From: Amoebophrya sp. A120
Lineage: Eukaryota; Protista; Dinoflagellata
Length of the DNA: 64,000 bases
Assembly (NCBI GenBank): GCA_905178155.1
Contig: CAJINV010000009.1
Span: 1,485,907 to 1,549,906 of the forward strand
Reading direction: 5' to 3'
The notes under the pieces were generated by a model. That model searched no databases and was not told the DNA's origin. It worked only from the letters and a program-made list of their open reading frames with translations. Shown here one piece after another: positions 36,701-49,679 of this stretch; the stretch's first letter is position 1, and the number at the start of each line of letters is the position of its first letter. Both the position numbers and the translations under genes were made by a program.

Positions 36701-37851
36701 ACATGTGCACAAGCGAGCAACACGAGAACGTGGACCCTGATCATACTCCAAAGCTCCGGTCGGAAACCAGCAGCTCAGGTGTGACTCCGGCAGAAATTGG
36801 CGTTTCCGGCATGCAGGATGAGATCGCCAGAGCCGAAAATGACAACGAGACTTCATCTTCTGCGGGAGTAGGTGCAAAGCGCGAGGGCGATCGCTCCATA
36901 CGCAGTGCTTTGTGCGATCTCGTTCAGATTGTGAAAAAGGAAGCCAACCTTTCCGTGCGCGCAAAACAAGAAGACGAAGGAGATGTTGTGAACCCCGGTT
37001 CAGATAGTAGTGCTGCTGACCTACACCGCGATAGGGTCGTCTTGGATCTTTCGCAGGAAGCTGCAGCTGCCAGCGTCCCCGTATTGGAAAAGCTCTTCCA
37101 GCTGCTGCGCCGAAAATCGCGAGCCTACACGGTCTTTGTCGAAGAATTGGGCGCGCGTTTAGCGTCGCCTGAGGCCGCCAAGGGGCCTACGATCGGATTT
37201 GATGCAAATGCGGAATTGAGTGCTTACCTGGCCGAGCTCGGAGAACTTCTTTCCACGGCGCACGTACTGGACGCACAGCTTCCAGCGCGCGTTGAGCATG
37301 ATCAGGTGAAGCCGATAAGCGCCCCAGTCGTACAACCTGATATCTCGCCCGTCCTGCAAGCCGAGAATGCACTTCGTATTTTGTTCTGGAAGGAGCTGCG
37401 ACGCAGGATCTTGGAAGTGGTCCCGGCCTACGTGCCGGAGGAAGGACCAAATCCTGCGATTTGTGGTCCAGAGCACCTCCATCTGCTGCGCGCCGCCTTA
37501 GCGATCTACCGCCCAGGCTGCGAAGACGGTAAGCGATTCATGCGCGCTGCATTGGGCTGTTTCCGGGATTTTACGGCCTTGGGTGAAGTAGGGTCAAATG
37601 CTGCACCCGGGGAGAAGAATTACGGGACCCGTCGTTTTCCCGCAGCAAGTTCTGCGAGCCGCCCACCATTACGGGGTGACGTGAGGCAAAATGCAGAAAA
37701 GCTGCGAGTTTTGAGTCATTTCCTCTGGGAAGTCGAGAGTTTTGACATCCAGGACACCAGGCTGGTGTCAATGCTGGCACAACTGAAGGGTGATGTGCAG
37801 CGCGCCCGTGAGAAGCATGAATGTGAAGAAGCGTCCGCAGAGAAAGAATGA
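30748..37851 (+). CDS. Very large (~2,280 aa) coiled-coil hypothetical protein. Exons 30748-31515, 31551-31613, 31654-34899, 35071-37851
   Basis: ORFs at 30718, 31675 and 35131 join in frame through GT-AG introns 31516-31550, 31614-31653 and 34900-35070. The R/S-rich N-terminus resembles a mitochondrial presequence. Confidence 0.65.
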
Positions 37852-38268
37852 TAGCCAAGTAAGTACCGGCACCGGTACCAGAAAGTGCATGTGCAACAAT
37901 TGACCTGGAAGCAGAGACAGTTGCGCTGGGGTTTTTTGACGCTCCTGTCGTTGCTTCAATCATAGAAAATGCGATAATAATAAGATGCCGACATTGTTGT
38001 CTTGTCTGCTTTCGGCGAAACGAAAAGCTGTTCACAGTTCGTCTTGCCAATGTGGAATGCACTGTCTAGACTTTGGAAATTGCATTTTTCTGTTGTGGGT
38101 TTTGGTTTTCCTTTTCGTTTCGCGCAAATATCTGCGTTCGCATCGCCGGATGATGTTTCTGAAAAGGACCTTGTGAGAGCGCGTACAGCTTTTGTTCCGC
38201 ACACTTGTTTTATCTTGTCGCGAGAGCGAGACGAAGAATTGCACCAGAACTCCCAACACGACTGCAAA

Positions 38269-38487
38269 ATGTTGCGTTCGCTCACGGTGGCGCTCGCGTC
38301 ACTGCTTGCAGCCTCGCCCGCTCTCGGCTTCGGGCTTTCGCTGAAAAAGGGCTTGCCGAAAGTGGAGACAAGGAAGGACTGCAAAGTCCGTTGCCAGCGG
38401 TTTGGCATGAAGTCCCTGGGAGAAGATTTCGCGGGGATGACGCCGCAGGAGTGCAGCGCGCATTGTGACGATGTTTTCAAAAAGTAA
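38269..38487 (+). CDS. Small secreted cysteine-containing protein, 72 aa
   Basis: aaaATG start. Signal-peptide-like MLRSLTVALASLLAASPALG and two CxxxC motifs (CKVRC, CSAHC). GC-rich coding island in AT-rich flanks. Confidence 0.7.
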   Translation: MLRSLTVALASLLAASPALGFGLSLKKGLPKVETRKDCKVRCQRFGMKSLGEDFAGMTPQECSAHCDDVFKK

Positions 38488-39174
38488 TTCCGAACTGCCT
38501 CGGTCACGGAATAGCAATACGAATACGAGTAGACATCGCTGTTGCATTCGATGGTGACTTAGTTTTTCACTTTTTTCCTCCTCTGTTGAATATTCAAACA
38601 AGATTCGATTTCATGTCGGTGTGAAAGGGTTGAGTACCACTCTTCGACAGTACCTCTAACCGTTTCTTCAACACGTAACTCCGTGCTGCCCTCCAAGCAG
38701 TACTCCGAAAGGAATCTTCGGAAAAATGTGATTTGCCTCAGCCTGGAAGAATATGTGTTGTGCCTCAGCCTCACTGTGGTTATCCATTTAGCATTCGACG
38801 AGCGATGATTCTGAATAGAAGACTCTGAGTTTTTCATGTTTTTTTCACTGATGCACTCCTGCTCGGTGACGGTGTCGGTTTTTTTTTTCTTTCTCGAGAT
38901 GGGAGAGAATCGAGAGATGAGTCTGGAGAGGAATAGATGAAACTTAGATTTCGGTTGTAAGCACGGATGAAGAATTTTACCTCAGGAAAAGCTACCAGTT
39001 CCACACAGCGGAGGATTTCACCTTCCTTCCGACCCAATCTAGTAACTAGAAAACTTCAAATCGGCATTATCCGAGAGACCACGATCCGACGGGGAGATAC
39101 ATCGCTCCAGATCACAAGAAAAACACCACCTACACCTACTACTAACAACGCTTCGAACGGCGTCACTCACAACC

Positions 39175-41040
39175 ATGAGTGCTGCCACCGCTGGTGCGGT
39201 TTTTGGGAACGTTCTGCCCTACTGCGAGCCGAACTGGTATTCCTCCAATTACAAATCGCCGTACTACAAGCAGACCCACATCGAGTGGCGGGCTCGCTGC
39301 CGCGAGTTCGTGGAGGACAAAATTCTGCCGTATGTCTCCGACTGGGAACAGAGCAAGGAAATTCCCCGCCACGTTTACAAGGAAGCGTACCAGGCCGGCC
39401 TGATCCCGTGCGTAGTCGGGGTCAAGGGCTTTGAGTTCGTCGACTGCGAGAAGCCGAAAGAGTACTTAAGTAGGGATCATGTCCTTAGTGTTTTCGAAGG
39501 TGACAATCACAATACAAAAATTATGAATGTTCTTTGGGTTTCCTACTCATGCATAAGCACATAGGTCCTCTTGTGCTTTGCTATTCCCTCTGAAAATGGT
39601 AAAAATTTTGAGGATGTCCTACAACAGCTACGACTACTTCCATGAGCTGATCTTCGTGGATGAGCTCGCCCGCTGTGCCAGTGGCGGGACGCTGTGGGGT
39701 ATTGTCGAGGGACTGCAAATCGGGTTGCCGCCTGTAATCAACTTCGGATCAAAGCAGCTGCAGGACAAAGTTTGCAAGCCGTGCTTGACCGGAGAGAAGA
39801 TCATCTGCCTTGCCATCACCGAGCCCGGAGCAGGGTATACAGTCGCATCCTTTTGAGTCGTGGCTTTGCGCACATACTGTTTCCACTCTTTAATAGCGAA
39901 AATGTTCGTGCATGATGTATTATCAAAACCCAAAAAAAAATTCTACAGGTCCGACGTCGCCAACATTCGGACGAGCGCGAAAAAGGAGGGCGACCACTAC
40001 GTCGTGAACGGGGAGAAGAAGTGGATCACCAACGGCATATTCGCCGACTTTTTCTCCGTCGCGGTGCGCACGGGTGGCCCGGGGATGAAGGGAATCAGCA
40101 TGCTGCTGATCGAGAAAACGATGCCCGGTGTGAAGACGCGCCGCATGGACTGCCAGGGCGTGCACCCGAGCGGTACCACATTTGTCACGTTCGACAACGT
40201 GAAAGTCCCCGTCGGGAATCTGATCGGGGTCGAGAACCAGGGTTTCGGCGTGATCATGAAGAACTTCAACCACGAAAGGTGGGGCTTCGTCATCCAAGCC
40301 AACCGGTTTTCGCGGGACCTCGTGGAAGAGGCCCAAAAATACGCACTGAAACGGTCCACGTTCGGCAAGAAGTTAATCGACCATCCGGTGATCAGATGGA
40401 AGCTCGCCGAGATGATACGGCAAGTCGAGGCAATGCACCACTGGCTCGAAAGTACTTCATGGTTTTATGGGGAACTGTTTGTCTGGCATAATGGTATTTG
40501 CTCAGCAACTGATGACACGAATTCGTCATTCTCGGAACCTCAGGACACATAAAACGAATCAAAATTTTTTGAAATGTACAGATCTCACCTACCAAATGAA
40601 CACCATGCCGTTTGAAGTGGCCCAGACGGAGCTCGGCGGCACGATGGCGTTGGCGAAGGTGAACGCATCCAAAATCATGGAATACTGTGCGCGAGAAGCA
40701 AGCCAGATTTTCGGCGGCAATGCCTACACGAAGAGTGGACTTGGTAATCTTCGATGAGGCCTTTTTGTAAATGCTGGCGTCAAGCCAGAACCTCTTTAGT
40801 AGGCTCTTCTTCCGTAATATTTTATCCTGGCTGGTTCAGAAGTTGTAGGGTCTTGTTTGTTCTTTTCCAAAATGAGAACGCACAATCAGGACAAAAATCA
40901 CATCATCAGGTGAAAAAGTGGAGCGACTTTACCGTGATGTGCGGGCGTATGCTATTCCGGGCGGAAGTGAAGAAATCCTGCTCGACTTGGGCGTCAGAGA
41001 AGCAGTCAAACTCGGGAAATCTAGACAGTCCAAGTTGTAA
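39175..41040 (+). CDS. Acyl-CoA dehydrogenase, peroxisomal (C-terminal SKL). Introns 39462-39627, 39835-39948, 40452-40581, 40744-40909
   Basis: After splicing: CLAITEPGAGSDVA, VVNGEKKWITNG, NFNHERWG, RSTFGKKL, QIFGGNAY and AIPGGSEEI. Ends ...RQSKL-TAA at 41040. Confidence 0.93.
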
Positions 41041-42300
41041 ACCACATAGAGCAAAAGCGTCCGGCAGAAGATCTGAGCAATTTAGTAAACTGTCAGATGC
41101 CCCCTTCGGACGTCGCTTCGGCACCACCGTAGTTCTTGCACTTCTTTGTAGAAAATCAGTTTTATTTTCCAATCTGAGGCCGCCAATGTCGTGTCACGTA
41201 CTTCTTCTTGTCCACCGCTGAAGTTTCGCCTCTATGGTGGAGCTCCCCGCCTTATGAAGACCACCCACATACGGCGTGACGAAGTAAACAATCTCGCTAC
41301 CGTAGTGCGCCACTTTTGTCGTGACAAGTGCAACCTCTGCCTCACACTATCTGTATCTTCGACTGCGTCCTTCGGGTGTAGAGAGTCAACACTTGCGGAA
41401 ATAAGGGCACGTTTGGTTTATTGATTTCTTTGAGTCTCAACAAGCAACGACAAATGGTTGAAATGAATTCTAGAATATACTGAAGTTGGAGTAAATAGCA
41501 ATTTCAAGATACTTGAGAAAATAGAAACAAAACAAAAGAAGGACGGGTGGCCTGTTTGAAAAGAAAATGAAAGATCTCACATGTCTGCGAAGAAAATAAA
41601 GCAGGAAAGAACAGGCGCCGATACCTCTTCTACCATTATTTTCCGCTTGTGGCAAAACACCGTGTCAGCAACGGTACTCCTGACTGTGACGACTACGTGG
41701 ATGCGCTACACACGTGCTGTATTAACTCTGGCCGCTTGCTCTTGAGTTCTTGTGTTTCCGGGCTTTTTTCTGTTGCTCCAATTTTTATTGCCAGGAATCG
41801 TCGCCGCTCCATGCCGTGGCACAGTCACACAGCGAGGTTTGCATACAAAAGATGTCCTTACAATTGAGTGTGCTGGATTGAGTCGAGCGGCAAGTTGTAC
41901 TTGGAGTGCGAAGATGGTAGGTGAAAATCTATCGTGTTTCGGTATGTGGTATGATTGATGTAGCTTTTTCTGAATTTCTATATATCGAAAGTTGCCGGAT
42001 CCGGAATCGAAGGGGAGGAAAAGGAACAAGGTCCAGCTTTTCCCGCGTAACGGAGCAAAACGTTCGACTTGGCAGCAGGCGATGGAACGACCCACGCGTT
42101 AGCATCGGCGGAACGACAGGACCAGCACTCCAGCGAAAACGTCACAATACTGCTGAGGATGGAGCACTGATATTAAGCGGCAACCTATGTCGTGAAGAAC
42201 TGCGACTTGCGCACGACGAGCTCGCGTAGTCATCTTTTTTTCTGGAGTCGGGACTTCGCGGCTTTCGCTTTTCTGAAGGCATCTCGTCCTTGCGAGGACG

Positions 42301-44531
42301 ATGAAGATGAATCCGTACTATTCCGCCCTGCACCGATTTCGGCTGCACAAATGGGAGGAATGCATCGACATCTGCACGGACCTGCTGAACGAAAATCCCC
42401 GAGACGAGGCGGTGTGATAAAAGTTAACGTTTTGCCGCGCCCTATTGAGCTGGTTTTGTGGCCCCAGAAGTACTGCAGATCACAGCAACGTTTTTCATTG
42501 GATGAAATAAGTTAGGAAATCAACATCACAACATTCATACTTGACAGGTTTGGTTTCTCAAATGCCGTGCCATGGTCAAGAAGGACTACCTTGACGACCT
42601 GGAGATGGAAGAGGAAGGGCTGGGCGACCTCGTTATGGATGACCACGCAATGGCCTCCGCGCCCCGCCCAGGTACAAGTCTTCGAAATCCAACCAGCGCG
42701 GGCACCGCGGGCGGGCAAGGACCGTCCCCTGTCATCCGCCCGGTGTCGCAGTCCGGGCGACCGCTCACGGGTTTCGCCCGCGCAGGCACCTCCCGAGCGA
42801 CAAGTAGCAGCGGCCGCAACGAGCTAGCGACCGCGATGGGCGCAACGAGGCCTGGCTCGAGTGCGCGACCCTTGACAAGTTTGGGGCGGCTGGTGAGGCT
42901 CGGCACAGCAAGCCTGAACCAAGCCAACACGAAGGAATTCATCATCCCGGAGCAGCTGAATCTCCCGAGATTTGCCCGAAAACCTGCACTGGCGAAAGCG
43001 CTCTGCGACTGGCTGCTTTACGTCGCACGCCACCCAAAGCGGGCATTAGAGCTCGCGGCGGAAGCGACGCAGGTCGCAGAGTTCAAGGACTGGTGAGCTT
43101 CTGGTTTGAAGTTTCGTTCTTCGTACTCTAATCACGTATTTGTTTTGCTGGTGCGTGTCAATTTTTTTCTCAATGTAAGCATTCCATCGCCTGTGGTCCA
43201 GCTATTCTCGCTTTATTACAAAAATAAACAGGTGGTGGAAAGCGCGGCTTGGAAAGTGCTACTTCCAGCTCGGCCTGATCGAGGACGCCAAGCGGCAGTT
43301 CTACTCGGCCCTGCGCGAGCAGGAATTCGGCGAAACGCATTTGGAGCTGGCGAAGGTCTTCCTCAAACTGGACCAGCCCAATGTCGCGCTGGAACAGTAC
43401 CGCACCGCCAGCGACAAGTTTGTCGGCGACACGGCGCTGCTGCTCGGCTTAGCGCGCACCTACGACGCCCTGAACCAGTCGCTGAACGGAGTGGCGATCT
43501 ACAAGCAAGTGCTGAAGTACGACAGCATAGACGCAGAAGCGATCAGCTGCCTCGCCAGCCACCACTTCTACACGGATCAACCGGAAGTGGCCTTGCGCTT
43601 TTACCGCCGACTCCTACAGACGGGACAGCAAAGGTCCGCGGAGTTGTGGAACAATCTTGGGCTGTGTTGCTTCTACTCGGGACAGGTACAACTTCTACTG
43701 GGAGGGTGCTGTCGCTCGATTTTTCAACTGTCTTGGTAATTTTGCTCTAGTAGACGACGACTTCTCATCCTCGTCATGCTTGGCTCCGATCATGCATTGT
43801 CGATGTCGGAGCGTATGACGAAGTAGATCTAGATTCCTGAGACGCCACCACTAAAACACACAGTACGACCTGACGTTGTCTTGTTTCGAGCGAGCCCTTC
43901 TTCTGGCAGACGACAGCAACATGGCCGACGTTTGGTACAACATAGGTCACGTAGCCGTGGGCGTAGGTGATCTTGGGCTGGCCTATGCAAAGGAAAACTT
44001 TCCGACTTGTCTTTCTCGTCTTATGCAGGTCTTGGTTGAGTTGTTCTCTCGCATAGTTTTGCTTGTCGAGACATGAAAAGTTCGCTGAGTTTTCTTTTGA
44101 TGGCGGTTATCAGTCATTCAAAATCTCCGTCTCAGTAGACCCGAATCACTCAGAATCCTTCAATAACCTGGGCGTTCTGGAGTTGAGGAAAGGTAACAAT
44201 ACCGCTGATTTTATTGCCTAGCTTCGTCCTGTAGGTGTAGATTGAGTCAATGTGGTTCTGGTTGATGACGAATGATGCAGAGTCATTATACAGAAAATCC
44301 CCAACGACCATCGCAGGCAACATCGAGCAGGCGCAAGACAACTTTAAAGCGGCAATAGGACTGGGCTCCCACTTCTTCGAGCCGGCCTTCAATTTTGGCC
44401 TGCTCGCTTTCAAGCTGGGCGAGTTCCGCGATTCCTTTGAGTACGCGAACAAGGCCCTGACTGCCTACCCCGACCACATCGAGTCCAAGGAGCTCTTGAA
44501 GCAGCTGAAAACGCACTTTTCGACGCTATGA
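42301..44531 (+). CDS. BBS8: Bardet-Biedl syndrome 8 / TTC8 (BBSome TPR subunit), multi-exon
   Basis: RPVSQSGRPLTGFAR, RLVRLGTASL, DWWWKARLGKCY, HHFYTDQPEVALRFYRRLLQ, ELWNNLGLCCFY, ADVWYNIGHVAVGVGDLGLAY and YPDHIESKELLKQLKTHFSTL match known TTC8 features. Confidence 0.93.
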
Positions 44532-45510
44532 TGGTCGCGGGGGGATATAGTTGCATATGCTATGGCTGTGGTCTTCCTCTCCTGGCTGTGACTCCTTCTT
44601 GTGTGGCTGGTCAATGCTGTTCTTTGGAAGTTTTTCGCCGTGCGGTAACGAGCTGGAAGAACATGAACATGCCGGCTCGGGGAAGGTGTGCGGTTCTTAG
44701 GTGTCGCAGGCCGTAGTACTTGGTACTGGGGCTGAGGCATTTTTCAGTGAAACAATTGTCGTGGTGTCATCCATGCTACTAGCGCGCCATTCTCTCGGTA
44801 ACTGTGCGTAGTTGCCACGGTATGATTTCGTGCAACATCGGTCCTCCACGAAAAGGAACGCAGACGGCTACAAATGAGGAGTCAGCCATGGCGAAAGTGC
44901 TCGAAAGAAAAGAGCGCAGTTTTCGCTGTGTGTAAATTGCTAAAAAATACGCAAGAAGTAAAAGTGGCAGTATAGAACGTACATCTGTCCTTGTCAATCG
45001 GCACAATTCCGCCCTGCGGAATGAGTACAAGTACTTCGAGTTGTCTGCGCGAAGAGCGATATTACTCAGAATCTGTCAGAGTGTGCTCGTTCGAGAATGT
45101 CGGCTCGCTCCTATCGAGACGACAACAAATTTTGGTTAACCACTCGCCTGAATTATAGCAGAAATGGCATGTCCCTAAGGAAATCGAGAAATCCTTTGAT
45201 CAGGTCCCCATTCACCTAAGTTACCCCGTTCCCCCGCGCTTGCTATGCGCTATTGCGTGATTCGGATTCCAAAAGGAAAAAATACGCTATTCTTTTGACA
45301 AAAGAAAACTTTTGCCGGGAAAATCGTCCCTGTCGCTATTTTCACTGCTTTCCTTTTTAGGTCCATTACAATGAACTCATAGTTATGGCTGCTTCCGCGA
45401 AAACTTAGTTTTACGATAATAAGCTGCTCTTCCAAGAAACAGAGAGATAATTTCACCTATTAAACCACTTGACAAATAACCAGCACGACAGTTGCATCCC
45501 ATTGACAACA

Positions 45511-46606
45511 ATGTGGAACTCGAAGTTGGGCAATGCCTTTCCCAAGGCGGAGATCGACAAGGCCGACGCGGGGCGCATGAAGTTTCTCCGCCAGTTGCGC
45601 AACGAGGGCAAAAACAGCGAATGCGTGGACTGCGGAGCAAAGGAGACCGCGATCCAGTGGGCCGTCCTGCCAATAGGCAGTTTTGTCTGCGTCCGCTGCG
45701 CAAGTTTGCACCGAGGGTTGGGCACGCACATTTCGAAAGTCAAGGGACTGACGGGCACCTACCTCTGGGGACCGGACGAAGTTGCGCACATGATCGGCAA
45801 CAGTGCGGTGGCTGAGATTTACGGCGGAGCGCAGCAGAGGCAGCCTCCGACCGCCGACGATGCAACCATTCGGGCTTTCATGTCCGAAAGGTAAAGATTA
45901 GCAACCGTAGGCAGCAGCTCGGAATGGAAAAATGGAATCTTGAGTCCTGCCCAACAGCAACACCGCTGTGCGATCGCCTAGATCATTATACGAGTTTTAG
46001 CCACACAAATTCGCATGCGCCCGCCCAGCTGCGTTGACAAAATGAAAGCCGCGAGAGAACGCCAAGAATCTGTACCGCAGGATATGCGCTACTAGACGCC
46101 CACTTTCGCACGCAGATTAATCGCAAAGGTGCCTTGGCGCTCGTCAGCCGCATGAGTTTAGACTTGAAATGTGCGGACATGTTACGTAAGTTTGGCCGCA
46201 AAAGTGATAACGGCATTAAACTTGGCTTCAGATTGAAGCTCTGAAACAGAAAAACAAAATCAATAAAAACAGACTTAAATCAATATCTTGTGCAGTAGGT
46301 TTTGCAAATTGAATTTTCAGGTATGACCGTCGGGCCTGGTTCTCTCAAGAAAAATTCAACGCGTACGAGCCGCAGAGGCACGGATGGAATTCTGAAAACA
46401 GCGCAGCGAACGGCAACGGCATGACGCGGCCCCAGGTGGTTGATCCGTTCGACGACAGCACCTGGACGGCGGCACCGCAGGCCGCGAAGGCTGGCGTAGT
46501 AGCAGCGAAGGGCAGCGACAAGCAAAACACCAGCCTGATGGACGAAGTCGATGCGCAGTTCGCTAAGAAGGAAACAAATGACTTTTTCGACTTGGACAAT
46601 TGGTGA
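45511..46606 (+). CDS. ArfGAP-domain protein. Exons 45511-45890 and 46321-46606
   Basis: NSECVDCGA...WA...GSFVCVRCASLHRGLGTHISKVK (ArfGAP zinc finger with catalytic Arg). GT-AG intron 45891-46320 is in frame. Confidence 0.9.
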
Positions 46607-46899
46607 ATACTGCTAATAATTTTGTCGCCGCATTGATAAGTACTCTAGCTCTACCACTTGTACAAAGTCAAAAGATAAGTTCGCGAAGCTACTTTCTACC
46701 CCTAGGAGATAGTTTTTTTGGTTTCACTGTCTACAGCACAGGCCCCGAACTTTTGGAGGCGACGCAGATGAACTTCTTTCAAAATGCGAAGTATATGTTG
46801 AGCAAGCAAGAGCGCAAATTTCTCTGCGCTGGAAGTTAAAAGGAATAAATTGGACAGACTGTGTATATGTTGAGGAACGCAGACGATGTTGCGCGCTAA

Positions 46900-49080
46900 A
46901 GTGTTCGCTGTTTTATTTTTTCTTACGACGCCGCTTCGCATTGTAGCCCATTCTATTTCTCCTTGCCATCGTAGCAGCAGCCCAGGCGCGCGGCCATGTG
47001 CGCGGCGCAGGCCGCTCCGCCGCGTAAGAGGACCAACGCGACCGGGTCGCATTTTTGTTGTTCTGGGGCCCTCTTCCGTTGCCTCTCCGCGGCCTTCCTC
47101 GGTGTCGTGGCGCGGTGATGGCGCGCGATTTGGGAAGCGGGGCCGAGGCCCGGCGGATGCGACCCCGGACCGACGGCGCGAGCCGTGCCCGCAGGGACCC
47201 GCCCCATGGTGTACTCCAGGCAGGCAGATGAAGAGCCCGGCCGCCACCGCCCGCGCAGCCAGGCAGGCAGGCGGGGGCCGCGGCGCTTGCCCGGGCGAAA
47301 GGCCCGGCCGGCCAGCGCCATCGGGCATGGGGCCCCGGCAGAAGGTGGCGCAACAGCTCGGCCCCGCCTGCACGCGTTCGCTGTGCGAAGGGTGCGAAGA
47401 TTTTGCCACCTCCGATGCCACCGCCGCAGGTTCCTTTTGTTGCCCAGCGCCCACTTACAGCGCCGCCGGCAGAGCGCGTGGGGCAGGGCTGCGCAGGCAG
47501 GCGCAGCCGAAGGCGGCCCATTTGGCGCGTTCCGTGGTGGCGCCGCCGGGGGGCCTGCATTCGAGACGCTTGGGAAGAGTTCGCTGCGTGTTGGCCCGAC
47601 GCCGGCTACATTCCTTCGGCATTTTGGCGGCAGAGGGAGGGGAGCCTGGTATGGCCTCGCCCCCAGTCAGTGCCTGCGTCCGGTGGCAGCAGCGAAGGAG
47701 CGGCGTGCTTTTAGGTTGCCGGCCGGGCCCCAGGGCCGGCGCCGGCGGCTACTGGCAGACAAACTCCCTTGGGCCGCGCGTGGCGTGTCTCTCTCTATTT
47801 TGGCGAGGGGCGCCCGCCCCACCCGAAGAATTCACCAGATCGCGGAGTGGCGGGGGGGGACTGGCTCAGCTCACTGGATATGACGACGGCGCTCGCGGAG
47901 GTAGTGCGGACTTGGTTTGAGGTTATGGCGCAAGTCATTGCTCGGGCCGGAGGCCGCGCGCCGCCCTTCCCGCCACGCTCTTCTGTTCTTGGGCCGGGCC
48001 GGTTTAGGGGAAGGATGCGATGCCCAGGTGGGCAGGAGAAGAAGCGAGCGCAGGGGGGGGCTGAAGCACTGAGGGGGTTGGGGGGGGAGCATGCGAAGGG
48101 CAATCGCTCCGGCTCTGCGCTGGGAAGTAGATGCCTGGGCCATCGCGCTCGTAGGCCCATCGGCGTCATTCTTTCTGCTATGCAGATACCGCAGCGCTTT
48201 CGGGGCTGCTTTGGCCTCTGCCTATAGAAAAAACCAACGGCAGACACTGGAGGCCTGGGCCAGTGCGTTTCGCCGGGCCTTTCCCAGCCTGGCCCAGCCA
48301 AAGTCCTCTTTTTGGCAGTGTCACAGATTTTCTGAGGGGCGAAGCGCCAAAAACGAAAAGAATTCGGCCAAAGTCGCCAGCGGCGGGCACTTACGCACAC
48401 AACGCGGGACGGGGCCGACATTTTTGAAGGCGTGGAGCAGAATCGGGCAAGTCCCCCATCCGGAGGAAGGCGGCAAAGTGGTGCGAGCGGCGGCGCCACT
48501 GGCGCGTCAGGCTCCGGCGGCAGTTTCCAGATGCTAGCGGCGCCGGTCGCGGGCGGGGCGACGGGAGTCGGCCGAGGGTTGGCGTGTGTTTCAGCTCGGC
48601 GCGGGCCTTGCCACCTTGCTGAGGAAGCCCGGCATTGGCGCCGCCGCCTCCACTGCCCCGGCCGGCGTCTTTGGCCGCTGGGCCTTTGAAGTTGCGGCCC
48701 TTTCTTTGCCCCGGTTTCCTTGGCGGCGTTCCCTTGCCCGCAGCAGCGCCGGCGGCCAGCGAGCTGGGTGTCTGCCCGGCGGCGTGAAGGTGGCGGCCGT
48801 GCACCCGGGCAAAGCCGCGCGGCCCGGTGGAGCCGGCGCCAGGCCGAGAAGTGATGGCCCTTGCCCGGGCTCCCGGTGGTCGTGGCTGGTTGATGGAGTC
48901 GCCCGCCCAGATCTATCATTTTGCGTCCCCGCCATTGCTTTTCGGTCGGCCCGCGCCCACCGGATTCCCGGCCGCGACCGAGCACAAGGCCAGGCGGCGC
49001 CCCTTCGCAGAGGGTAGCAAAGGATGTATGGAACGGGGCCGCCGAAGAATTTACGACATTGCCGGGTTTGCCGCGTAGCT
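46900..49080. mobile_element. GC-rich degenerate repeat/transposon relic; boundaries approximate
   Basis: Abrupt GC-rich block in AT-rich intergenic DNA. Many overlapping Arg/Gly/Pro-rich ORFs with no domain. No TIR or TSD found. Confidence 0.4.
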
Positions 49081-49679
49081 AGATGAATATGGGTGCCCGA
49101 AATTGATTCTACCGAATGTGTCAGGCTGTGTGGTCAATTGCATAGCCTGCGCGCCGGGTCGCTTCCCTTGATGAGTCGCGCATCTGGCTACACTCATCAT
49201 TTCTGTTCATGTTTGCACGAATTTCGGCACGAGATGTCGTGCGTGCCTGCGTTCGGGCACGCTAGGCGCAGTTGGTTAGAGTCTGAGAGAAGATGTCTCG
49301 CTGCGCCATTGCATGTGCGGCCGCATCGACTTCTGCGAAGCACACAGATGCCGATGCAGTATAGGCATGCAAAAAACAAAGTTCTCCGCGCGAATCCGTA
49401 TTCTCAGGCAGTTTTGGCCGACTACGGTCACAGACTACATACTGAGGAAAACAGTGCCAGTGCGAAAGAGTTAGCGGGATCGAGAGAGGACCCTTTTCGA
49501 TTCCGTTGTTGGGAATTACAACTACGTACCTACTAGTACTTTTGTTTTTACTTATCTTTTTTCATCATGCGACAGGGACAGAGCCCGTCAAAGAAATCTT
49601 GATTACTTGGCATTCCGCCACTGTTCGCTCTTGCGATTATTTCGGCATCTTGATGTTTGTCTTCTCTTCGTCTCCGTAA

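Noticed and set aside
46702-49017. Long overlapping ORFs (344 aa +, 396 aa -, 250 aa -)
   Set aside because: A by-product of extreme GC content; Arg/Gly/Pro/Ala-rich with no domain motifs.
49040-49085. Possible Helitron 3' end (CTAG after GC-rich sequence)
   Set aside because: No convincing subterminal hairpin, CTAG is followed by A rather than T, and no 5' TC end was identified.
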